This document shows positions 50,361 to 59,874 of a DNA stretch of 64,000 nt, piece after piece (positions within the stretch are counted from its first letter, which is position 1; each line of letters opens with the position of its first letter). The stretch is from Clostridia bacterium (GTDB lineage: Bacteria; Bacillota; Clostridia; CAKSNL01; HGM11501): positions 792 to 64,791 of the forward strand of contig CAAFWO010000017.1 of assembly GCA_900766735.1 (NCBI GenBank), read 5' to 3'. The notes under the pieces were generated by a model that searched no databases, was not told the origin of the DNA, and saw nothing but the letters and a program-made list of their open reading frames with translations. The position numbers and the translations under genes were made by a program.

Positions 50361-50962
50361 TCAAGTCTGTATATGGGCTTTCCATCGTTTACGAAGCGCT
50401 CTTCGTACTCGGTCATAACATTTCCTTCAAAGTCGCTTGAATGAAGGTCGAACGTGATGTTAGAAAGGCGAAAATCCTCGCCCGCGAAGCTGTTTAGCGA
50501 AAACTCAAAAAGCGGTGCGTTGTCCGTCTTGAAAAAGATCTCTCCGTCCGGCGTGAGCCACTTTTTATAAAGCTTTAGAAAGTCCGGATGCGTGAGCCTT
50601 CTTTTGGCGCGTTTCTTCTTCGGCCACGGGTCGGAAAAGTTAAGATATATCCGTTTGACCGAGCCTTCCTTTATTATATCGTCCAAAAGCGCGACGTTCT
50701 TCATCGAAAACCGGAGGTTCTCTATCCCGGCTTTTTTCGCGCTCTCAGCCGCGAGAATGGCGACATTTTCGCACTGCTCCACGGCAAGGTGGGCGCTGTC
50801 CGGGTTAAGGCGCGCGGTCTCGGTGATAAAGCGCCCTTTGCCGCACCCGATCTCGATGCATAAGCTCTTATCGCCCGAGAAGCCGTAAAGCTCGTCGGCC
50901 GTCTCTATGATATAGTCGCCGCACCCGTCGATACGCTCGGAAAGATGCGCCCTTTTTCTCAT
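50342..50962 (-). CDS. trmB: tRNA (guanine46-N7)-methyltransferase TrmB (start at MRKRAHL or nearby TTG)
   Basis: SAM-binding region with characteristic TrmB motifs. The longest track ORF runs through its own extended -10 (TGTTATAAT). Confidence 0.85.
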   Translation of the reverse strand: MRKRAHLSERIDGCGDYIIETADELYGFSGDKSLCIEIGCGKGRFITETARLNPDSAHLAVEQCENVAILAAESAKKAGIENLRFSMKNVALLDDIIKEGSVKRIYLNFSDPWPKKKRAKRRLTHPDFLKLYKKWLTPDGEIFFKTDNAPLFEFSLNSFAGEDFRLSNITFDLHSSDFEGNVMTEYEERFVNDGKPIYRLEARKRG

Positions 50963-51142
50963 TCTCAAAAAAATCAACTCCAAAAATATGATTAATATAT
51001 TATAACAGCAAATCAAAAATAAATCAATAGAAGGTTATAAAATGTGTTAATTAGGCTCATAAATGCGCAAGTCGGGCAAACGGTATTGACATGAGACGTT
51101 TTTTTCTATTATGCTTTTAAAAAATATCGGAGGGAAAAAACT

Positions 51143-52393
51143 ATGCTTAAAAAAATCACAGCGGTTATTGCCTGCCTTGCGATCGCGGCGTCGGTTGTCG
51201 GATGCGGCAAAAAAGCGGTAACATTTGACACTGAAGACTGGGGCGACATGGAGATCCGTGTTGCCGGCTACAGACTTTTCAACGACGACCCGTTAAACTA
51301 TGAGTTTGCGGCAGGCGCCGACAAGTTTACCGAAGAGTACGGCACGAAGGTTTCATTTATGGTCGGCGGCGGCGACGGACTGGGCGACGATCTCGTTTCG
51401 GGCATCATGTCCGGCGACCCGTGGGAGGTTCAGTATTGTTTCGGAATCTCGGTATTCCCGCTCACCTTTGCCGAGGAGCTCTACACACCCATCACGGATT
51501 ATCTTGATTTCGAGAACAACGACAAGATTGACAAGCTCACTGTCGAGGGCACAAAGTGGCTCGGAGAGTACTACGGTGTCAGCGCCCTTCCCATGCAGGA
51601 AGTTTTGTATATAGCATATAACGAGACATGGATGAATGAGCTCGGCATCAAGACCCCCTATGAGTATTACAAAGAGGGCAAGTGGGACATGGAGGCTTAT
51701 AAGGAGATCAACAAAGCCGGCGTTGCACTCGGCGCAAACTCAAAGAGCATGTACACAAGACCGCACGTTCCCGGAAAATATATGTCCGAATGGAACGACG
51801 AGACAGGCGAGGTCACCGTTACATATGACTGCCCCGAAAACGTTGAGTGGCTCAGCTACTGGGGTGAGCTTTTGAGCAATCCTCAGTACAACATCACGAC
51901 GGTCGGCAAGGTTTCTTTAAGAAACATCATCATGCGCGATCAGGTTATGCCCAACCTTATCAAAGACGAGCTTAACGAAACGACGACAGATACGATAAGA
52001 TACATAAACTACCCCAATAAGGACGGCGGACCCGGCGCATATCTCACGGACTCGCACTTCCTCTTCCCCCAGGGCGTTTCGGAGGAAAAGCTTCCCTGCG
52101 CATTCATGCTCGCCTGCTACATGGTCGACTCCAAGTCTGAGATGGTAACCGAGGAGACCTATAAGCCCAACATGAACGAAGAGGACTTCGCGATTTGGGA
52201 GGAGACGCTTGACAACGCATATTATCTTCCGAGAATTTTCTATAACGGAATCTGGGAGATGTGCGACAAGTTCTTAAGCGATATGAACGCCGGAAAAGCG
52301 GTTGCGACTCACATCGCGGAAAACACAGAGGTTCTTAAGGCAAGAGCCGAAGAGTTCAACGAAAAATACGTTGACGGCTATGAAGCAAAATAA
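51143..52393 (+). CDS. Extracellular solute-binding lipoprotein (ABC transporter family-1 SBP), paralog 1
   Basis: Lipoprotein signal peptide (lipobox VVGC). SBP_bac_1-like GVSALPMQEVLYIAYN core. Confidence 0.78.
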   Translation: MLKKITAVIACLAIAASVVGCGKKAVTFDTEDWGDMEIRVAGYRLFNDDPLNYEFAAGADKFTEEYGTKVSFMVGGGDGLGDDLVSGIMSGDPWEVQYCFGISVFPLTFAEELYTPITDYLDFENNDKIDKLTVEGTKWLGEYYGVSALPMQEVLYIAYNETWMNELGIKTPYEYYKEGKWDMEAYKEINKAGVALGANSKSMYTRPHVPGKYMSEWNDETGEVTVTYDCPENVEWLSYWGELLSNPQYNITTVGKVSLRNIIMRDQVMPNLIKDELNETTTDTIRYINYPNKDGGPGAYLTDSHFLFPQGVSEEKLPCAFMLACYMVDSKSEMVTEETYKPNMNEEDFAIWEETLDNAYYLPRIFYNGIWEMCDKFLSDMNAGKAVATHIAENTEVLKARAEEFNEKYVDGYEAK

Positions 52394-52409
52394 TTAAAAA
52401 CATACTTAA

Positions 52410-52445
52410 AAAACAGGGCGGCTTTTCCGCCCTGTTTTTTGCGCC
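52410..52445 (+). terminator. Rho-independent terminator
   Basis: aaacagggcgg cttttc cgccctgttt followed by TTTT. Confidence 0.8.
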
Positions 52446-52685
52446 GGCGAGCACCGGCTGACGGGCAGAAAAAAGCAGCCGGACAACAAGAAATAAAACC
52501 TTTTTTGGGTAATTATGCTGATTTTCATAACCAAATGTGTGAAAAAGTGAAATATATGTGCACTTTTTTAAAGAAAAGTCTTGACCCGGAGCGGATTTTG
52601 GTATATAATACTCTTACATTGGTGTCCCGGCGGCATTCCGGGGCATAGCACCCGTGAGGGAATTAAAAGTATGGAGGAGTATAGA

Positions 52686-53934
52686 AATGGCAAAAAAAAT
52701 CATTGCGGTTGTTGCTTGCTTGGCTATCATTGCGTCTTTTGTAGGATGCGGCAAGAAAGTAACATTCAACACAGAAGACTGGGCTGACATGGAAATCCGT
52801 GTTGCAGGCTACAGACTTTTCAACGACGACCCGTTAAACTATGAGTTTGCGGCAGGAGCAGATAAGTTTACCGAGGAGTACGGAACAAAGGTTTCCTTCC
52901 TGGTAGGCGGCGGCGACGGACTTGGCGAAGACCTTGTTTCCGGTATCATGTCGGGCGATCCCTGGGAGATCCAGTATTGCTTCGGTATCTCGGTATTCCC
53001 GCTGACATTCGCTGAAGACCTTTACACACCCATTAACGACTACATAGACTATGACAACAACGACAAGATCGACAAAGTTACTGTTGAGGGCACGAAGTGG
53101 CTCGGCAACTACTACGGCGTAAGCGCTCTTCCCATGCAGGAAGTTTGGTATCTTGCATATAACGAGACCTGGATGAAGGAGCTCGGTATCAAGACCCCCT
53201 ATGAGTACTACAAAGAGGGCAAGTGGGATATGGACGCTTATAAGGAGATCAATAAGCAGGCGACAGCACTCGGTGCGGGCACCAGATCCTCAATGACAAG
53301 GCCTCAGACCACAGGAAAATATATGTCCACATGGAACGACGAGACAGGCGAAGTTACCGTTACATATGACAGCCCCGAGAACACAGAGTGGCTCGGCTAC
53401 TGGGGTGAGCTTCTGACCAATCCTCAGTACAACATCAGAAGCGGCGGCAAGGTTTCTTTGAGAAACTCCATCATGCGTGACGGAGTTATGCCCAACCTTA
53501 TCAAGGATGAGCTCAACGAAGAGACGACCGATACAATCAGATACATCAACTATCCCAATAAGGACGGTTCGGTAAGCTCGTATCTTACAGACTCGCACTT
53601 CCTCTTCCCCCAGGGCGTTTCGGAAGATAAGCTTCCCTGCGCATTCATGCTCGCTTGCTACATGGTTGACTCTAAGTCCACCATGGTAACGGAGGAGACC
53701 TATAAGCCCAACATGAGCGAGGAAGACTTCGCACTTTGGGAGGAGACGCTCGATAACGCATACTATCTTCCCAGAATATTCTATAAGGGTATCTTCGACA
53801 TTGGTAACAAGTTCTTAAAAGATATGGATGAGGGCAAGGCTGTTGCAACTCACATCGCTGAGAACACAGAGAGCCTTAAGGCTAAGGCTGAAGAGTTCAA
53901 CACAAAGTATGTTGATGGCTACGAAGCTAAATAA
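52686..53934 (+). CDS. Extracellular solute-binding lipoprotein, paralog 2 (~85% identical to 51143-52393)
   Basis: Own promoter TTGACC-17-TATAAT (~52578-52606) and GGAGGAG RBS. Lipobox FVGC. Confidence 0.78.
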
Positions 53935-53945
53935 TTAAATAATGC

Positions 53946-53985
53946 CGATAAAACAGAGCGGAAATTCCGCTCTGTTTTTTCTTTG
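53946..53985 (+). terminator. Rho-independent terminator
   Basis: aacagagcgg aaattc cgctctgtt followed by TTTTTTC. Confidence 0.8.
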
Positions 53986-54079
53986 AGGCGACCGAAAAAT
54001 CCCCGTCGCCGTATCAAAATCTTAATAAAAGCTGTGAAAATGCGGCCTTGACGGCCGATTCGCAGCTAAATTATAAAAG

Positions 54080-54150
54080 AAAAAACCCGAAATGTTGAAC
54101 CGACCTCCCAATCGTTAGATTTTTGGTCTAACTTTCGGGGGTCGGTTCAC
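54080..54150 (-). terminator. Nested hairpin terminator downstream of the EamA-like gene
   Basis: gaaccgacc(t)ccc ... gggggtcggttc enclosing gttaga/tctaac, with a T-run on the minus strand. Confidence 0.5.
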
Positions 54151-54169
54151 TTTGCACACAGTTTATTTT

Positions 54170-54583
54170 TTATAAAACCATTACGAGCGTTCCGGCGGCG
54201 ATCAGCACAGAACCGATTGCCGACTTGACGGTGAATTTTTCGTGCAGGAATAAAAACGCCATAATGAGCGTTAAAACGATGCTCATTTTATCGATCGGGG
54301 CGACACGCGAAACCTCGCCGAGCTGAAGCGCCTTATAGTAAAACAGCCACGACGCGCCTGTCGCGAGGCCGGAAAGAATTAAGAATATCCAGCTTTTTTT
54401 GTCAATATCCGCAATTCCGGACTGGGCGTTTGTCAAAAACACCATTCCCCACGCCATGATGAGGACGACGGCCGTGCGGAGCGCGGTCGCAAGGTTCGAG
54501 TTGACGCCGTTTATGCCGACCTTCGCCAAAATTGACGTGAGTGCCGCGAAAACCGATGAAAGAATTGCGCAGACAAGCCACAT
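54170..54583 (-). CDS. EamA-like small DMT-superfamily transporter (single EamA domain, 4 TM)
   Basis: 137 aa with the EamA motif pattern. Confidence 0.7.
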   Translation of the reverse strand: MWLVCAILSSVFAALTSILAKVGINGVNSNLATALRTAVVLIMAWGMVFLTNAQSGIADIDKKSWIFLILSGLATGASWLFYYKALQLGEVSRVAPIDKMSIVLTLIMAFLFLHEKFTVKSAIGSVLIAAGTLVMVL

Positions 54584-54601
54584 AATAAAACCTTCTTTCG
54601 T

Positions 54602-55369
54602 TTATTTTGAATTATGGCGCAGAACCTCATACATTAAAATTCCGGCGCTGACCGAAGCGTTTAACGATTCCGCCTTACCGCGCATCGGAATCTTGACCGC
54701 TTCGCAAAGAGAGATGACCTCGTCCGACGCGCCGGAACCCTCGTTCCCGATTACAACGGCGCATTTACCGCGAAAGTCCGCCTCGAAAAGCGAGACAGAA
54801 TCCTCGCGCAGTGCTCCGCAAAAGACCCTGTAGCCCCTCTTTTTAAGGAGCGGAATTATGGACGGCAAGTCCCCGCCCAAGAGGATCGGAAGGTTAAATA
54901 CCGAACTCATCGTCGAGCGGATGACCTTGGGATTATAAAGGTCGGCACAGCCGGGCGATAAGATGACTGCGGATGAGCCCGCCGCGTCCGCAGTGCGGAT
55001 GATGGTGCCGACGTTGCCGGGGTCCTGCACCCTGTCGCAGAGAACCAAAAGGTCAAATGATCCGCTCAGGATCTCCTCCACGGAAGAGGGGACGATCTTT
55101 GCGACAGCGAGCATGTCCTGCGGCGATGAGGTGTCCGTTATCTCGGCAAAAGTCTTCTCGTCTGTCGAAAACTGGGGAATCGAATGGTCGAAAAGCGGCT
55201 CGCCGCCGTTACAGAATATTATGTAGGAGATCTTAGCGCCGTTTGCGACCGCGTCCGTCACGCTTCGTTTGCCTTCGATGATGAACTCGCCGGACTTTTC
55301 GCGCTCCCTTTTTTTCGAGAGCTTTTTAATGTGCTTGATTTTATCGTTTGAAGCGGATAGTGTGAGCAT
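54602..55369 (-). CDS. TrmH-family (SpoU) RNA 2'-O-methyltransferase
   Basis: SPOUT motifs (GNEGSG; ESLNASVSAGILMYE). Confidence 0.85.
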   Translation of the reverse strand: MLTLSASNDKIKHIKKLSKKREREKSGEFIIEGKRSVTDAVANGAKISYIIFCNGGEPLFDHSIPQFSTDEKTFAEITDTSSPQDMLAVAKIVPSSVEEILSGSFDLLVLCDRVQDPGNVGTIIRTADAAGSSAVILSPGCADLYNPKVIRSTMSSVFNLPILLGGDLPSIIPLLKKRGYRVFCGALREDSVSLFEADFRGKCAVVIGNEGSGASDEVISLCEAVKIPMRGKAESLNASVSAGILMYEVLRHNSK

Positions 55370-55416
55370 ATATCCTCCAAAAATAAAAGGAACGGTATCA
55401 ACCGTTCCTCGTTTTT

Positions 55417-55773
55417 TTACGCCAATGCGCTCTTAGCCTTTGCAACGAGCTCGGCGAAAGCCGCGGAATCGTTGATTGCTATCTCGGAAAGCATCTTTCT
55501 GTTAAGAGTGATGTTTGCCTTCTTAAGTCCGTTCATGAACTGAGAATAGTTTATTCCGTTCATCTTGCATGCAGCGCTGATTCTGGTGATCCAGAGTCTT
55601 CTGAAATCTCTCTTCTTCTGCTTTCTTCCGATGTAAGCATAGTCGAGAGCCTTCATAACGGACTGCTTTGCTACCTTATAAACTTTAGAGCGGGCACCAA
55701 CATAGCCTTTAGCCAGCTTAAGTACTTTTTTGTGTCTTTTTTTTGCGCTCATTGCGCCTTTAATTCTAGCCAT
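55417..55773 (-). CDS. rplT: 50S ribosomal protein L20
   Basis: 118 aa ([24 protein letters not shown]...). Confidence 0.95.
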   Translation of the reverse strand: MARIKGAMSAKKRHKKVLKLAKGYVGARSKVYKVAKQSVMKALDYAYIGRKQKKRDFRRLWITRISAACKMNGINYSQFMNGLKKANITLNRKMLSEIAINDSAAFAELVAKAKSALA

Positions 55774-55794
55774 TTCTCTCTTTTCCTCCTGGTA

Positions 55795-55992
55795 TTATTT
55801 GTAGGGAATAAGGGTCTTCATTACCTTTGCGTTCGAAACGCTTACGTAACCGCCCTTTCTGAGTCTTCTTTTTCTCTTGGTGCTCTTCTTGTTTAATATA
55901 TGACTCTTGAAAGCCTTTCCGCGTTTGATCTGACCGCTTTTGGTGAGTCTTAAACGCTTTGCGGCGCCTCTGTGCGTCTTAATTTTGGGCAT
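55795..55992 (-). CDS. rpmI: 50S ribosomal protein L35
   Basis: 65 aa ([17 protein letters not shown]...). Confidence 0.95.
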   Translation of the reverse strand: MPKIKTHRGAAKRLRLTKSGQIKRGKAFKSHILNKKSTKRKRRLRKGGYVSVSNAKVMKTLIPYK

Positions 55993-56046
55993 AACTATTA
56001 AACTCCTCTCGGTTAAATTTATTCTAAAGCATTTCTGCTTTGTGAC

Positions 56047-56547
56047 TTATTTTTTCTCGATCGGCGCAACGATCATAAAAAGGGTTCTGCCTTCGAGCTT
56101 GGGCTTTTTCTCAACGTTTCCGCATTCGGCCAACGCTTCGGCAACGCGGTCAAGAAGCTGAACAGCCAATGAAGAATGGTTGATCTCACGCCCTCTGAAC
56201 CTGATGGTGACTTTAAGCTTGTCGCCCGCGGTCAGAAATTTCTTTCCGTGGTTCATTTTGGTCTCGAAATCGTGTGTGTCGATCGAAGGAGTCATCTTGA
56301 TCTCCTTAGTGTCGACAATGCGCTGGTTCTTTCTGTTTTCCTTCTCTTTCTTAAGAAGTTCGAAACGGTACTTCCCGTAGTCCATTATCTTGCACACGGG
56401 CGGATCCGCATTCGGCGACATCAAAACCAGGTCAAGCTCCGCCTCATCGGCAAGGGACTGCGCCTTATCGGTATCCATAATGCCGAGCTGTTCGCCGTCG
56501 CTCCCTATGAGCCGCACGCTTTTCGCCGTTATTTCCTCATTGATCAT
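56047..56547 (-). CDS. infC: Translation initiation factor IF-3 (start codon uncertain; possibly non-canonical as in other infC genes)
   Basis: 166 aa from MINEEITAKSVRLIG... aligns with the B. subtilis IF-3 N- and C-domains. The track ORF extends upstream without support. Confidence 0.85.
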   Translation of the reverse strand: MINEEITAKSVRLIGSDGEQLGIMDTDKAQSLADEAELDLVLMSPNADPPVCKIMDYGKYRFELLKKEKENRKNQRIVDTKEIKMTPSIDTHDFETKMNHGKKFLTAGDKLKVTIRFRGREINHSSLAVQLLDRVAEALAECGNVEKKPKLEGRTLFMIVAPIEKK

Positions 56548-56693
56548 CAATTCCTTGATAGCTATTGAAAACACCCCCGAAATTAAAAATTGCGGCAGGA
56601 AACTGCCGCAACAAAAAACGCTTGATTTCTGCGTATTTACCGAACCGCTCGTACGTCGGCCGGTGAGAAGCGGCAATGCCTCTGCTTGTTTTG
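56548..56693 (-). ncRNA. infC leader with intrinsic-terminator attenuator (L20-leader type autoregulatory element)
   Basis: ~145-nt leader between the promoter and infC. It contains the hairpin ttgcggcag tttc ctgccgcaa plus a T-run on the minus strand (56590-56611). Confidence 0.5.
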
Positions 56694-56700
56694 CTCTGCT

Positions 56701-56729
56701 ATTATAACACTTATTTATCACTTTGTCAA
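56701..56729 (-). promoter_or_regulatory. infC operon promoter (TTGACA-17-TATAAT on minus strand)
   Basis: Reverse complement cTTGACAaagtgataaataagtgtTATAAT. Confidence 0.65.
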
Positions 56730-56737
56730 GCTTTTTG

Positions 56738-56766
56738 TTGACAAAATTTTTTCTTAGGTGTATAAT
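56738..56766 (+). promoter_or_regulatory. Promoter of FMN riboswitch-ribU (TTGACA-17-TATAAT)
   Basis: Perfect consensus boxes. Divergent from the infC promoter, and the two -35 regions form a near-perfect inverted repeat. Confidence 0.65.
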
Positions 56767-56774
56767 ATTAAAAA

Positions 56775-56935
56775 AAGAGTAGGGCGAGGTGAAATTCCTC
56801 ACCGGCGGTAATGAGCGTTTATGCTACGAGTCCGAGAGCGAAAGCTGATTTGGGTCAGATTCCCGAACCGACGGTAAAGTCCGGATGAAGAACTCACTTT
56901 TATGAGAGGCGCCTTTTTAAGGGCGCTTTTTTTGT
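56775..56935 (+). ncRNA. FMN riboswitch (RFN element) with terminator expression platform
   Basis: Conserved RFN segments GGGCGAGGTGAAATTCCTCACCGGCGGTAA, AGTCCGAGAGCGAAAG and CCGACGGTAAAGTCCGGATGAAGA. Followed by the hairpin aggcgcc/gggcgct and T7. Confidence 0.85.
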
Positions 56936-56962
56936 CCCCGCTTAAAAGAAAGAAGGATATTT

Positions 56963-57493
56963 ATGAAAAGAACAAGATTTATGGCAGTGTGCGCGATGCT
57001 TTCGGCAATGGCGGTCGTTTTGCAGCTTATGGCGGCGGTTATCCCGAAGGTCGGCGGATTTTTGGACATTGAGTTTTCCGACCTTCCGGCGATAATCGGA
57101 ACGCTCGCGCTCGGGCCGCTTTGCGGCGTTTTGATCGAGCTGATCAAAAATGTGGTGCACTGCGCATTCACGACGACGGGGTTTGTCGGCGAGCTGGCAA
57201 ATTTCGTCGTGAACGGAACATTCGTTTTGGTGCTCGGCCTCATCTATAAGGCGCATAAAACGAAAAAGACAGCGATCGTCGGCTTTGCGGCGGCGACGCT
57301 TGTTTGTACCATTACGGCGATGGCGGCAAACTATTTTCTGATGTTTCCGCTCTATATGCCGGATGCACCTAAAAATGTCATCTGGGCGATGATTCTTTCG
57401 ACAGTAACGCCGTTTAACATTGTTAAAGGAATCGTCCTTTCGGTGATAACGCTTCTTATTTATAAAAAGCTCTCGCCAATCATAAAGGGATGA
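56963..57493 (+). CDS. ribU: ECF transporter S component, riboflavin-specific (RibU-like)
   Basis: 176 aa, 5-6 TM ECF S-component topology, directly downstream of the FMN riboswitch. Confidence 0.8.
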   Translation: MKRTRFMAVCAMLSAMAVVLQLMAAVIPKVGGFLDIEFSDLPAIIGTLALGPLCGVLIELIKNVVHCAFTTTGFVGELANFVVNGTFVLVLGLIYKAHKTKKTAIVGFAAATLVCTITAMAANYFLMFPLYMPDAPKNVIWAMILSTVTPFNIVKGIVLSVITLLIYKKLSPIIKG

Positions 57494-57639
57494 CGAAATA
57501 TCGTCGGAACAAGTTACACTTGTTCCGATTTTTCTTACAAAAAATCTTCCGCAAGCTCCGCTGTTCCTCATCTTTGCAAAAAGGCACGCTGTCGATGCCG
57601 CATTTTTGCGGCCCGCCACCGTAAGGTGCCGGGAATAGG

Positions 57640-58365
57640 TCACTGAAAAATGTCGTTCCCCTCGCCTTTCTTTTTCTCACGGCGGAACGCCAAAAATGTG
57701 GCCGATGTGTCCACCGCGGCAAAGAAAACATCATTAACGCTGCCTATTCCCTGCTCGGAAAGCTTTCTTTCGAGCCATTTTTCGTCGCGCCCGGAAAGGC
57801 GCAGATTTTCATATAATATATGGCCGTCGGCGATCAATGTCACGAACGGGCTTTCTTCGGCGACGGCATTTTGGTGCATTATATTGCCGATGTCCCCGGG
57901 CGTCGCCGGGCGTGCCGTCGATTTGGGGAGCACGGAGATCTTGCCGTTCTCCTCCAAAAAGGCATAACCGATGTCGCCGACGTTGAAATAGCCCTGAACG
58001 CGGCATTGATTTAAGAACTCGCTTAAGTCCACTTTGCTTTTTTTGAAATTTTCGGGCAAAAATTTTCCGTTGTATATCAGGGCGAGACTCCTTCCGCTGA
58101 CAAAGCGGCGCACGCGTATCGATTTTGAGGTCAGCACCGTGATGAAATATCCGGCCGCAGTGTAGACGGCCATCGCGGTCAGCGGCTTTAGAAAGTCGCC
58201 CTCGAGCGAGGTTGCCATCTCGGCGGCGATCGACCCTATCGTGATGCCGTTGATATAGTCGAACATATTTAGCTCGGACATCTGGCGGTTTCCGATGATC
58301 TTGACCGATATAAACATGGCGATGAGCGAAAAAAGCGACACCGCGGCGATGTTTAAAATTGCCAT
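57640..58365 (-). CDS. DUF421 (YetF-like) family membrane protein (start at MAILNIAAV; track ORF is over-extended)
   Basis: N-terminal transmembrane helices plus the YetF C-domain. AAAGGAG RBS before the internal ATG. Confidence 0.75.
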   Translation of the reverse strand: MAILNIAAVSLFSLIAMFISVKIIGNRQMSELNMFDYINGITIGSIAAEMATSLEGDFLKPLTAMAVYTAAGYFITVLTSKSIRVRRFVSGRSLALIYNGKFLPENFKKSKVDLSEFLNQCRVQGYFNVGDIGYAFLEENGKISVLPKSTARPATPGDIGNIMHQNAVAEESPFVTLIADGHILYENLRLSGRDEKWLERKLSEQGIGSVNDVFFAAVDTSATFLAFRREKKKGEGNDIFQ

Positions 58366-58369
58366 AATA

Positions 58370-58400
58370 AAGGCACACTCCTTTTTTATGAGTGTGCCCC
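58370..58400 (-). terminator. Terminator after EamA transporter gene
   Basis: ggcacactc ... gagtgtgcc hairpin with a T-run on the minus strand. Confidence 0.5.
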
Positions 58401-58415
58401 GTAAGATAAAAATTA

Positions 58416-59288
58416 TTACATCGCCGCAGTGAGGATCCCGACGGTTATCAGCGCGGCACATAAAAGCCTGTATAAAATGTGCTTTTCGCCGAAAAAAAGC
58501 TTGCCCATCAAAATGGAGGCGACGACGGACGACTGCTTTAAGAGTATCATTACCGTCACGCGGCTGTCCGGCGAGGCGTTGGCCGTGAAAAGTGCGCGGT
58601 CGCCCAGAACGAAGATGACGCTCATTATTATGATGAGCGGATTTTTTATGTAGGTCTTTAAGCTTATGTGAGTCTTTGTGATTATGACATATACAAGGTA
58701 TAAAAGCGTCATACACAGCATGAACCAGAACTGGAGCGCGCCGGGCGTGATGTCGCCCCGCGCCATGATGCCTTTATCCATCGTGCCGGAAATTGAGTTG
58801 AAAAGGCACGAGGTCAAAAGCATTAAGACCGGCACAAGCGCGGCTTTGCCCTTTTCTCCGTCGCGCTTTAAATTGACCGCCGAAACGCCCAGAACCACCA
58901 GAAGAAGGCCAAGCCACTGATATATGCCCATCTTTTCATTAAAAAAGATTATTCCGAACAGCGTGGAAAATAATATGCCCGACATTTCCACGACCCCGAA
59001 AAAGCTGACCGGCATTTTGCCGATGGACTTAAACGAAAATATCCACGCGACGAAAACGGCGAGCGATTTTAAAAGTATAATAAGGTAGAGCGACCTGTCG
59101 GCAAAAATGAGCTCGCCAGGCGAAGAGGTGAGCGACACGGGCGCTATTAAAAGAAAGCTTAAAAGCGTGTATAAAAACAAGACCTCGACCAAAGGGCTTT
59201 TTGTGAGCGCCTTTTTCCGAAGAGCGTTTCTGACTCCCGAGGCGACCCCGTAAAAGAGCGTTAATGCGATCCAATTCAATTCAATCAT
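58416..59288 (-). CDS. EamA/DMT-superfamily transporter (10 TM)
   Basis: 290 aa with two EamA domains. Confidence 0.8.
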   Translation of the reverse strand: MIELNWIALTLFYGVASGVRNALRKKALTKSPLVEVLFLYTLLSFLLIAPVSLTSSPGELIFADRSLYLIILLKSLAVFVAWIFSFKSIGKMPVSFFGVVEMSGILFSTLFGIIFFNEKMGIYQWLGLLLVVLGVSAVNLKRDGEKGKAALVPVLMLLTSCLFNSISGTMDKGIMARGDITPGALQFWFMLCMTLLYLVYVIITKTHISLKTYIKNPLIIIMSVIFVLGDRALFTANASPDSRVTVMILLKQSSVVASILMGKLFFGEKHILYRLLCAALITVGILTAAM

Positions 59289-59481
59289 CTCCCGGCAAGA
59301 TTATACTATAAACCGATAAATTTTGCAATATTAATAAAAAAATAAAAAAACTATTGCATTTTGTGAAAAAGTGTGCTACAATATATTTTGCTGAAAAATA
59401 CTAAGGGCAAAAAGTGCGGCACCGTTCGCCGCGCCGCTTGCCGTAACCCAAATGTATTAAAAAATTTTTGGAGGTGAATTA

Positions 59482-59746
59482 CATGCCCAATATTAAATCA
59501 GCTAAGAAGAGAGTTCTTATCACAAAGAAGAAAACACTCAGAAATCAGATGATTAAATCCGCGATCCACACGGCTTTAAGAAAGGCTGACGCTGCAGTTG
59601 CGGCAAACGATAAGGACGAGGCTAAGAAGGCGGTTACTTACGTGATCAAGAAGCTTGATCAGGCGGCTGCAAAGGGTGTGTTCCACAAGAACACCGTTGC
59701 AAGAAGAAAATCTGCTCTTGTTAAGCGTTTCAACGCAATGGCGTAA
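59482..59746 (+). CDS. rpsT: 30S ribosomal protein S20 (start at MPNIKSAKKR)
   Basis: GGAGGTG RBS 6 nt before the ATG. The track ORF starts 5 codons upstream without an RBS. Confidence 0.93.
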
Positions 59747-59799
59747 ATTTTATAAATACAAAAACTTAAGGACAGTTTCCCACTGTACGATTTGTAAAC

Positions 59800-59830
59800 A
59801 AAAATCTACGCTAAGTAGATTTTTTTGTTG
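59800..59830 (+). terminator. Rho-independent terminator
   Basis: aaaatctac gctaa gtagatttt followed by TTTT. Confidence 0.7.
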
Positions 59831-59874
59831 TGCAGGGGTTTTTCGCATTTTCCTATTAGAAGGAGGGATTAACT

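Noticed and set aside
56942-57643. 233-aa minus ORF
   Set aside because: Antisense across the FMN-riboswitch terminator and ribU. His/Arg/Cys-rich artefact.
59747-59874. SAM-I (S-box) riboswitch upstream of metK
   Set aside because: Looked for the conserved S-box segments. The 128-nt interval holds only the rpsT terminator and RBS, so there is no riboswitch.
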